A stretch of 64,000 bases of DNA from Octopus vulgaris (taxonomy: Eukaryota), in assembly GCA_951406725.2 (NCBI GenBank), contig OX597836.1, forward strand, positions 22,258,001-22,322,000, given 5' to 3'. Within the stretch, counting starts at the first letter, position 1. The number at the start of each line of letters is the position of its first letter. The notes below the pieces were generated by a model. It worked only from the letters and a program-made list of their open reading frames with translations. It did not search any database and had not been told where the DNA came from. Of this stretch, positions 53,813-64,000 are shown piece after piece. The translations under genes were made by a program, and so were the position numbers.

Positions 53813-54317
53813 GGTTTCATCTACTCTGCGTTTTGAAGGTGAAGGCGATACGCATCTTCGATTGAAACTTTCCTTCCCGCGCAAAGCAAATTAAATAAAA
53901 TTTGAGATCTTTTTGCGGAGGGGTAAAAATGGTAACAAAAACAGGACAGTAACGACAGTACAAAATATAAACAGTAAAAGACAGGACAAGGAGAATAACA
54001 AGACAAGAAGGGCTGTTAAGCCAAATGTGATAAGTGTTTTATGAACACTATTTTTGAGTATGGCGAAGGAGCAACAGAAAATGCCGTCTACACTTATATA
54101 CAAAATATAAAGTTATATCTTGAGTAACAACAACGCTCAAGATATACAATGGACTGGAAATAGTAGTGCACTAATGAGCTGTATACACTTTTTTTATCCG
54201 AGGGGAGGCAATGCGAGCAAGAACTAAAGGAACATTACAAAATCCACAGAAAGATCAAACACATACAAATATTCATATATTCAAATGAATAAAAGTAATT
54301 CATAAAGTAATCTTTAC

Positions 54318-54436
54318 CTTGTATATTCCTCTTCCAGCAAACCAGGGTCAGGGGTATAGAATTTAACAGCAAATCGAAACTCAACATCTGTGTTTGGAAT
54401 TTGTTTTAAAATGGGTTTCTCTCGATCCAGCCAACA
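54318..54436 (-). CDS. FARP: FARP-family exon (end of F1): CWLDREKPILKQIPNTDVEFRFAVKFYTPDPGLLEEEYT(R)
   Basis: 119 bp, tacag| and AG|gtaaag, phase 0/2. Classic FERM motif WLD..K.I.KQ...F.VKFY.PDP..L.EE.TR. Read manually; absent from the ORF track. Confidence 0.93.
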
Positions 54437-54584
54437 CTGTAATGATAATAATAATAATAATAATAATAATAATTTATTCTTTTATTGGCCACAAGGGCTA
54501 ACATAAATTATACATAAAAAAACAACAAAAGACAATGCAAAGGGTTTTCACATTCGTGTAAACATTAGATAATGATAACATTGT

Positions 54585-54894
54585 TGAGACCCCTTCGGTC
54601 ATGACTGACCATGGGATTGCACCTAGAAAGTTACCCTCCCAGGCACAAGTCCAGGCAAGGTTGTTTATAGAAGACCAGCAGTAGCCCATGCATACTGGTC
54701 TCCTCTCTCCACGCCACCAGTGTTATCCAAGGGAAAGGCAAAGGCTGATACAGCTTGGCACCTGTGACGTCGCAACTGGAGCAACATGAAATAAAGTGTC
54801 TTGCTCAAGAACACAACATGCAGCCCAGTCCAGGATTCAAACTCACAATCCTACAATCGTAAGCTCGACGCCCTAACCACTGAGCCATGCACCT
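54585..54894 (-). mobile_element. SINE family B, reverse copy
   Basis: Reverse-complement similarity to 51492-51830. Confidence 0.8.
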
Positions 54895-55160
54895 TCAATA
54901 ATAACAATATAAGTATAGAAAAATAGCGAAGTACCAGGACCTAGCCATTGAATTACAGAGACTATGGAAAGTGCGGGTAAAATATATCCTAGTAGTTATA
55001 GGGGCATTAGGAACTATCCCTAAAGAATTAGATAGAGGAAATAGGCATAAAAACCAAGTTAATAATAATAAAGCTGTGTTATCAGGGACAGCTCTGATAC
55101 TTAGGAAGGCTCTTGGCATCTAAGACTACTTGTTGTAGCCCCATGATAATAATGATAATC
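54895..55160 (+). mobile_element. 3' end of an R4/Dong-like LINE (restriction-like endonuclease C-terminus)
   Basis: Reads EKIAKYQDLAIELQRLWKV...VVIGALGTIPKEL...KAVLSGTALILRKALGI*, then a short UTR and an AAT-type tail. Confidence 0.8.
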
Positions 55161-55556
55161 TTTTCTACTAGGTAGAAGGTCTGAAATTTTGGGGGAGGAG
55201 GATGATTAATTACATCAACCCCAGTATTTGAGTAGTACTTAATTTATTGATCCTGAAAGGATGAAAGGCAAAGTCGACCTTGGTGGGATTTGAACTCAGA
55301 ACATAAAGATGGACAAAATGGCACTCGGCATTTTGCCCAGTGTGCTAATGATTTTGCTAGCTTGCCACCTAAATAACAGCAACAGCAACAACAAGTGTTT
55401 CATTTACTTGGCCACCAAGGCCAATCGTATTTAATTTCATTCCTGCATTCAGAATACTGAAATGTTAAATAAACAGATTTACAAAAAATGAGGGAAAAAG
55501 TGAAATACATACAATATAGGGATAAGATTAACAAAGAAAAAGAAAAAAAAACACAA

Positions 55557-55727
55557 GGTGCAGGAGTGGCTCTGTGGTAAGTAGCTTGCTAACCAACCAC
55601 ATGGTTCCGGGTTCAGTGCCACTGCGTGGCATCTTGGGCAAGTGTCTACTGCTATAGCCCCGGGCCAACCAAAGCTTTGTGAGTGGATTTGGTAGACGGA
55701 AACTGAAAGAAGCCTGTCGTATATATG

Positions 55728-55762
<35 letters not shown>

Positions 55763-55955
55763 ATGTGTGTTTGTCCCCCCTAGTATTGCTGGTGTGTTTA
55801 TGTCCCCGTCACTTAGCGGTTCGGCAAAAGAGACCGATAGAATAAGTACTGGGATTACAAAGAATAAGTCCCGGGGTCGATTTGCTCAACTAAAGGCGGT
55901 GCTCCAGCATGGCCGCAGTCAAATGACTGAAACAAGTAAAAGAGTAAAAGAGTAA
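55557..55955 (+). mobile_element. SINE family A, young copy; older copies at ~21119-21550(+), ~27820-28180(-), ~61593-62010(+) and many fragments
   Basis: Direct similarity to 38913-39310. Confidence 0.85.
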
Positions 55956-56522
55956 ATGATTAACTGAAATAGCTTAAAGAATATAGAGAAAAAAATGTAA
56001 TAATTGAGTGCAAGATATAAAACGTTTAGAATTACCCTCATCACCATACAAAATGATCACTCAATGGTTAGAACAAATTAGATCAAAACCCCACCACCAC
56101 ATCCCTACCAGCCACTCGCTGTTCCTATTTTTTGGATTTGATAGCCTCAAAAGTACTCATTAACACCGTTTGGGCGGGAACGACACAAAAATCATGGCCC
56201 ACATCTTCCGTTGACTCCTGCTTCAGCTTGCAGTAAAATTATTATTTACTTTTTACCGAAATTCTGTCACTGGCACGACTTCTGTTCTATATTCTAGTTT
56301 TTATCTCATTTTCTGTAATTAATACATCCTTTGCACCACATATGCAATAATTTGTTTTAGGAGTACTAATTCATCTTCCGAATGACTGGCAATTTCCTGT
56401 CCTTATCGTCTTGTTGCATTTTATACATTTTCATGTTGTGCTTGCCTTTCCTTCCTCATTGGCTTTCCTTCCTCCTATTCTTTTCCTAATAATTTTTTGC
56501 TACCTTCTGACATCCACTATAT

Positions 56523-56934
56523 CTATTTCTTTACTACCCACAAGGGGCTAAACACAGAGAGGACAAACAAGGACAGACAAATGGATTAAGTCGATTATAT
56601 CGACCCCAGTGCGCAACTGGTACTTTATTTAATCGACCCCGAAAGGATGAAAGGCAAAGTCGACCATGGCGGAATTTGAACTCAGAACGTAGTGGCAGAC
56701 GAAATACCTATTTCTTTACTACCCACAAGGGGCTAAACACAGAGAGGACAAACAAGGACAGACAAACGGATTAAGTCGATTATATCGACCCCAGTGCGCA
56801 ACTGGTACTTTATTTAATCGACCCTGAAAGGATGAAAGGCAAAGTCGACCTCGGCGGAATTTGAACTCAGAACGTAACGGCAGACGAAATACGGCTACGC
56901 ATTTCGCCCGGTGTGCTAACGTCTCTGCCAGCTG
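56523..56934 (-). repeat. Same SINE with a dimeric body; monomeric relatives at ~14670-14870, ~25180-25620, ~39800-40000 and ~55160-55370
   Basis: Two ~185-bp units, nearly identical to those at 40003-40600. Confidence 0.85.
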
Positions 56935-58324
56935 GAGGCCTCCAGATGTCACTATATCCCTTACTGCCGAGTGTAGAGTGGGTATCCATTACAGGCTTGA
57001 TTGCAGTGGACCATTAGATATGGTCAGCATTCATGAAGGATGTGGTCAACTTGGCCAGAGATAGCTCAACCCACCCAAGGTGAATGCCACTGCAAGTACA
57101 ATTTCATATTGCATGCATGATTGCACTGTGTTTATGACGCAATAAAAACTTTTAATGAAACAATTGCAGCAATAGCAGATAATCCATTTATCCATTTTGA
57201 TGTTGTTACACAACACTTAAGGTTCCACTTATTGTTAGATACTTTTAGGTACTATTGGTGTTGTGAATAACCTAACAACAGCTAACTTCACTTCAGCAAT
57301 GCATTTTGTGCTATGATAATAGATTACTGGACTGTTTAATTTGTGTCATTGTCTAATCAATAATTGCAGCATGGTTTCACTTTGATATGCCTCAACCCTA
57401 TATAGAACACCTTTAATCAAGTAATACATATTCATATATATGTATATATATGTATATATACACACACACACATATGTACACCTATATATACACAGGCTTC
57501 TTTCAATTTCCATTTGCCAGATTCATTTATAAGACTTTGGTTGGCTTGGAATATTAGTAAAATACATTTTCCCAAGAAGCCACACATTGGGATTGAACCT
57601 AGAATGAAGTGGTTGAGTGGTAAGCTTATTAACCACAAAGCTATGCTTGCACCTGCAATCTGATGGAAATTGGACTGCTAATGCTAGCAGGTCAAGTGAC
57701 AATGTAGACCCTTGTTCAGTGTGGCACAATGAGGCAAGAAGCTAACAGAATGACTGGAAGGCAAAGAATGATGTTGTAAAGGAAAATAATTAAGTGAGAA
57801 ACAAGACAAATTAATAGGAGAATAATTCCATGGATGGGAAGAGGGTGTGGAGACATATGATGGGTTAGAGAGAGGGGGAATGTGTCAAGGGAGGGGAGAC
57901 AGAAGAAGTAAAAGATGTCATGGAGGGAATGAAGAGGATGATGAACAATAGGTTCATTAACTGGTTTATGATGTAAATAACGATGTCTTTCGATGAAGAA
58001 GATAATTACTAATACAAGACAAATAGTTATGACATGATTGGAGCAGATAATTGTTATTATCTTCACAGGGCAAATAAGTGAGTTACACGACTATGTGGTT
58101 AACACGCTCACTTTGAAACCAAATGGCTTCAGGTTCAGTCCCACTTTGCGAGACTTTGGACAAGTGTCTTCTGCTATAGTTTTGGTCTGACTAATGCCTT
58201 TGTGATAGTATATTTTTAGAATGACATTGCAGGGTGAGCGTGAGAGGCTAGATCTGGCCAGTTTGAACATAAAACAAGTAGAATATTTGGTCTGGATATG
58301 GTCTGTTTAAATGCTAAAAGGTTA

Positions 58325-58780
58325 AAGTGATCTAAAATTAAAACTTTCCATTTATGTCCCAAACACCAGCTTAATAATGACAAAGTTATTTTATTAAATT
58401 CCTCATTACTTTCAAAATTAATTAACACAGAAGCAGTGTATTTCAACAGATGTATGGTGACAAAAGTGTAAAAGTGGTCTAAATTAAAACCTGCCCTCAA
58501 AATTCCATGTTATGTTCCAAACACCAGCTTAATTATGACAAAATTATTTTATTAAATTATTCATTATTTTAAAAATTAATTAAAACAAAAGTACTACATT
58601 TCAACAGAAATATGGAAATGAAAATGATAAAGTGTTCTAAATTAAAAGCTTCCATCAAAATTTCATGTTGATTTATGTTCCAAACGACAGCTTAATAATA
58701 AGTTAACGAGATTCTTCATTATTTTCAAAATTAAGTGAAACAAAGGCAGAATATATTTCCACAGAGTATGGGAATAAAAT
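58325..58780 (+). repeat. Three tandem ~150-bp units of a MITE-derived repeat (relatives at ~25100-25730 and ~30730-31040)
   Basis: Repeated ccaaacaccagcttaataatgacaaa...ttcaacaga units. Confidence 0.7.
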
Positions 58781-59099
58781 GGACAACAAATGTTTGGCTG
58801 ATTTGAGTTATCAGGGAAGATACATGTCAAAAGTAATACACAACCCTATAGAACTAAAAACCATTTAGCTATGAAGTCTTATTCTCAAACACAGTTATGC
58901 GTGTTATGTCATGTGACACAAGATAGGTCAACATGAAGACTGTGTAAGACATGTTGCAGATTACTTTAAATCAGATCATAGTACAAGGTATTGTGGGAAA
59001 TATTACTGAAATTCTAACAAATGTTTCATAGTCCTGATGAACTAAAGGCCTGATATGCTACCATGAAGGAGAGAGAGAGAGAGATGCTATGAAAAGGCT

Positions 59100-59830
59100 A
59101 TTCCATCTCATTGGCTATGTTCTTGTGGATGGCAATCTCTATGCCAATAAAATTTGTTAATGGCTAGTGTTTCGAGGATCCACGTGTGGGTAATGCTATC
59201 AAACGTCTTTCGGTAGTCGATCCAGGCCATACTGAGGCCTTTCTTCAGTTCTGGTTTTATTGCTCATTAGTTGATCTTTACAGCCATATGAGCCCTTGCA
59301 GCATTCTATCTGCTCTTCTGGGAACAGGTTGTTTTCATCCAGGTGCTTGTTCAATCTTTGCGATATTACTGCAGTAAGGGCTTTGTACATTGTAGGGAGA
59401 CAGGTTATAGGTCTGTAGTTTTGTGGTTTTGTTGTTTCATTGGATTTGGGAATTAAGATGGTTTTCCCTTTCATAAGCCATTCCGGCATTGTCTCTGGCT
59501 CTGCCAGTATGGCGTTAAAGTTTTCAGCCAGCTTTTTGTGCATTCCTGTCAGATATTTCAACCAGAGATTGGGGATCTTGTTGTGCCCAGGTGCCTTCCA
59601 GTTGCTTAGTCTTTGCAGTGCCTGGGTGACCTCTTCAGTTGTTATGGGGCTCCAGAGTTGCTCAGGTGCTAAGTTTGCTGTTTTGATAGTCCTTTTCTGT
59701 GGTTGTTCATTCGCCGACCATATTTCTTTCCAGAATTCTTCCACTTCTTCTGCCGTTGGTGTTGCAGTGATGTCTATTTTATTTTTGCCAAGTTCTTGGT
59801 AGAACTTTTTGGGGTTGGAATTGATCTGTT
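59100..59830 (-). mobile_element. Non-LTR retrotransposon RT fragment, R4/Dong-like
   Basis: KAPG...TILIPK...NYRPITCLPTMYK...EEQ.GC..GS.GCKDQL RT motifs, frameshifted, adjacent to a (TTA)n tract. Confidence 0.88.
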
Positions 59831-60014
59831 TGTTTTATTATTATTATTATTATTACTTTTATTGCTATTACTATTGAAGTCGCTGTTATTTTATTTGCGA
59901 TGAACGGGTGTGTGTAGCACCGGTGAATTTGATATTTCAAAGTTCAGTAGATGAGAAAAAGTGAATTTGCTACATATTTCTGCAATTACTTATGTAGACA
60001 AAAGTGAAAACTTA

Positions 60015-60057
<43 letters not shown>

Positions 60058-60140
60058 CAAAAATAAAATAGAAAATAAATGAGAAGCAGAGAGTGAGGAT
60101 GTAAAGTAGTGTTATTAAAGAGCATAAAATGTTTATTTAC

Positions 60141-60245
60141 CTGTAAATTAGTTTCATCATAGTACTCTAAATCGAAGTAGTCAGCTTCCATAAGTTCTAA
60201 GTACTTTATCACAGACTCCCAAAGTACACTGCCCATAGCTTTTGA
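60141..60245 (-). CDS. FARP: FARP/CDEP/FRMD7-family FERM protein, internal exon (FERM F1 lobe): SKAMGSVLWESVIKYLELMEADYFDLEYYDETNLQ
   Basis: 105 bp, tttcag| acceptor after a pyrimidine tract, CAG|gtaaat donor, phase 0/0. Resembles the FERM-N motif 'L.L.E.DYFGLE'. The upstream coding exon was not found in the window. Confidence 0.9.
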
Positions 60246-61754
60246 CTGAAATAAAAAAGAAAAAAAGAGAATGATAAGATGAAGAGAAAGACTTAGGGGA
60301 GAGTGAAGAGAGTACAAAACTCAAATAGTGTAATAATTGAATTTCATTTTTATATTTACTAGTTTCAATCTCTGGATTATGACTATGTTCTGGTGTTTCA
60401 TTATCAAACGTTTCTGGTCTGTTTATATCAACATTAGCAATTATTTTATCAATCTCATGGGGACAAAAGTTGAAACCGGTGTAAATGAAAGGTGAACAAA
60501 TGCTACAAGGTATTTTTGTTTGCTGCACCAATTCCACCATTCTCTGATATATACATGCACACAAACACATACACAGCTGTGTACATATGCACACAGAGGT
60601 GAGAGAGGAATGAATCATCAGCTGCAAACACACACACACATATATAGAAAGAGAGATGGTTAAATTTGAAAACAAATGGAGAAAAGTAATCAATCCCAAA
60701 ATGTAACTGTAGAGACCCACTCACTTGCCCACTTGACTATGCATGCATGGTTACTTCAGAGGATTACAAATCTGAGGCTGCCTCAGTTCTACCAAATAAC
60801 AAAACTCAAAAGAAAAAACATATCGGTCAATGTGAAAGTGACTTTGAGAAGACATGGCATACTAAGCTAGTTATATCTGAAACTTGAAGGTCAAAAATAC
60901 TGCAAACACCATCAAGTGGAGGACCACAGAATGATCCGAGCCATGTTAATGGATCAAGGAGGTTCAGGCTTTGTGTAACTGAAAGAACCTATAGCCTTTT
61001 TAAATCTCTAAAACTTCACTGAGCTATTGAATTTAAGACCCAAAAAATTTCACTGAATCCAAGTATCTTGATAAGTTTCAATTATCAAACTGGAGAAACC
61101 ACACTTTGTGGATTAGTCTCACAAACTTTAATATTTCCCTGTTGAATTAACCACATCAACCATTGTTAATTCCCATCCTAATGGACCAAAGGGACATAAC
61201 TCTCTCATCTCCCTTCCTTTCATGTGGTTTTTTTCTTCCATTTCTTTTTTTCATTCACTTTCCTCTCATTCTTGCTTGCTTTTTCCCAGAAAGCAACCAT
61301 GTTGTACTCATGGTACACTATAGTGGTTTGTCCAATAATTATACTATTAGAGCATGAAACTTATAGTGACTAATATTTAAACCCTGTATATATTAAACAA
61401 TATTTATCTATTGTTGGAATAAGTACTATTTTTGTTGATCCTACGTATAATGGAACAGTTTGGCATTAGGAAAGGCATCCAGCTAAAGAAACAGGCCAAA
61501 TCTTATAAAACCTCCAACCAATACCAGCATAGAAAATCTCATGTCAAATGATGACGGTGATGATGTGTGTTTGTCTTAATGTTCAGCTATATAGGCACAG
61601 GCATGACTGTGCTGTAGGAAGCTTGCTTCCCAACAACATGGTCCTGGGTTCAGTCCCACTGTGTGGTACCTTGGGCAAGTGTCTTCTACTATAGCCTCAG
61701 GCCGACCTAAGCCTTGTGAGTGGATTTAGTTGTTAGAAACTGAAAGAAACCCAT

Positions 61755-61802
<48 letters not shown>

Positions 61803-62789
61803 TCTGTGTCTTTGTCCCCTACCACAGCTTGACAACTGGTGTTGGTGTGTTTATGTCCTCAAAACTTAGCAGTTCAGCAAAAAGAGACTGACAGACTATG
61901 TACCAGGCTTAAGAAAAAAATTAAGTCCTGGAGTCAATTCATTCAGCTAAAAAATCATCAAGGCAGTGCCCCAGTATGGCCGCACTCTAACGAGTGAAAA
62001 AAAGATAGAGAAAATGGCCTGTGGGCTTCTGTATAATCCAGTTTCACTCAAGGCAATGATCGACCCAAGGTGAGAGAAGAAAACCCCCATGTCCAAGCTG
62101 CCACATGGTTGCATTGAACCTAGAACCAAGTGATTACAAGTGAATCTCTTAACCATTCGACAATGCCTACACACCGATGACGACGAAGAGGATGAGGAGG
62201 AAGTGGAGGAGGCGGTGAAGTGGTGAACAAAATAAAATGATAAATGAATCAATAAATTAACACACTTGTTTTTAAACGAGATGACGGAGTTGAATGGGTC
62301 AGTGATCAGAGGAGAATAATTGGATTGTTAAGTGGATCAGAGATAAAAGTACACACACACACACAATACATACGTATATATACATACACACAAACAAACA
62401 AACACACACAGACAAACATGTATGTATATATATGTATTAATATCTATGAAAGAAAGAAAATGGAATTCACGAGACTCTTTACATTATTCACAACAATTGT
62501 TTCAACCCATTGTGCACCAGTGCCTCGCTGGTGCATCACAGGTACAGATGTGTCTTGTCAGGTGACTTGTCAAAAGGTACCTCGTTTTTTAATCTCCATT
62601 TCACTTATTTCTATTACAATACGTGGTGGTGGTGGTAGTAGTGGTGGTGGTGGTAGTAGTAGTAGTAATAGTAGTAGTAGTAGTTGTGGTGGTGGTGGTG
62701 GTAGTAGTAGTAGTAGTAGTGCAAGGTATACACCCAAGTATAAAATTATTAATATCTATATACACATATATATGTATGTATGTATGTCA

Positions 62790-63610
62790 ATCATTCCAGA
62801 AGTTTTAAGGCTTTCTTTTTAGGAGAGGCAGTTATATAATGGTCCTGGGTTATTGCAATGTTAGTATATCATTACTGCACATCTAATAAGCTGACTTGCC
62901 TATCGTTGTTATTCCAGATTGAAGAATTGTATGCAAAGTCCTGTAATACACTTTGAACACATCTTACTAAGCACTGCTTGTCACAGTTGACTAGTTTGCA
63001 GAATGCAGTCAGGATGTGAAGACAATTTGGAAGATTGCTAGGTGATAAATATTTCTGTTTAACCCTTTCGTTACTATATTTATTTTGAGATGCTCTGTGT
63101 TTCTTCCAATTATTTTAAATATAACAAAGAATTTAGTAAAATAACATTGTTATCATTGAGCTAGTGTTAGGAGCATAAATTGTGACTAAGATTTGGTTGA
63201 AGATTTGAATTCAAAACTTATGAAAACAAGACATTTATACTAAAGAGCCAGAGCCGGTTTCAGCCGGGTTGGTAACGAAAGGGTTAACTGGGTAAGAGAC
63301 TTATGAAATGCTCCAGATTGCTTATGGATTAACATGTATGAACTGAGCATAAAAGGCCAAGCAAAGCACATCCATGGGGAAACTCATAATGATTCCCTTT
63401 TTCCACAGAAAGGGCATCATCTATATCCACTGGGTTTCCTTTGGCCAGACAGTCAACAAAGAGTACTTTGTGATGGTTTTGAAGGAAAAGATTTCATCAC
63501 AAAAGACCAGAGCTCTTCCACTCAGGTTGGCGGCACCTGCATCAGGGCAATGCATCAGTCCATAACCCCATCCTGGTAACCAGCTACTTAACAGGGATGA
63601 TCACCAAAAC
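62790..63610 (+). mobile_element. Degraded Tc1/mariner copy (same family as 16253-17011) interrupted by a MITE
   Basis: Clear similarity to 16260-16580. Transposase remnant GKLIMIPFFHRKGIIYIHWVSFGQTVNKEYF. Confidence 0.75.
63063..63283. mobile_element. 221-bp TTAA-target MITE (piggyBac-like ends)
   Basis: TTAA|CCCTTTCGTTAC ... GTAACGAAAGGG|TTAA. The empty TTAA site is visible in the paralog at 16521-16524. Confidence 0.88.
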
Positions 63611-64000
63611 TCTCCTTATTTTGTTGGTCCTTCTTTTGCCAAACTGCTATGTAACGGGGATGTAAACAAACAAACACTGGTTATCAAGGGATGATGGGAG
63701 ACAAGCACAAACATAAAGACAAACACACACACAGACACCTACATATATTTTAAAAACTAATAATTAATTTCCTTTATCTGCTTTAACTCCTTTGTTACTA
63801 AATTTCCAACAAATTTCACTGCTTATGTGTTTTCATTATCTTCCAAAGTAATTAAGAATTTGATTGGACTTAACAAAATAATTTAATGAAATATTACTAA
63901 GTAGTCTATTAAGTCAGTGTTTCAAATGTAGCTAACATAAGGTTCATATATAAAATAAGCAACCATATCATCAAAATCTTAAAGCAACATTAATACACGA

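Noticed and set aside
56090-56520. Possible transposase or coding remnant
   Set aside because: The minus-strand frame I translated has stops and no recognisable motif, and the ORF track lists nothing here.

Overview
Eukaryotic, AT-rich, microsatellite-saturated genomic DNA, very probably a coleoid cephalopod (Octopus), judging from the tRNA-derived SINE families and the repeat style. The window is essentially the inside of one minus-strand gene of the FARP/CDEP/FRMD7 FERM family. Eight small, phase-compatible GT-AG exons (60245 down to 32794) encode the FERM and FERM-adjacent domains. They splice in frame onto a ~4.5-kb exon (14538-10065) encoding ~1490 aa of acidic, Ser-rich, probably disordered sequence that ends in a stop. 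The first coding exon lies beyond the window, and I see no RhoGEF/PH exons. The introns hold degraded mariner transposons, non-autonomous Helitrons, TTAA-target and hAT-like MITEs, SINEs, LINE fragments (R4/Dong-like, RTE-like) and Penelope-derived palindromes. The main novel observations are: (i) one strong and one weaker candidate internal first exon that would replace part of the FERM domain with Cys-rich hydrophobic N-termini; (ii) the giant exon, with internal consensus splice donors and repeated short motifs; (iii) several families of minimal hammerhead-ribozyme motifs; (iv) a ~195-bp intronic inverted repeat. Nearly all short ORFs in the supplied track are microsatellite artefacts.
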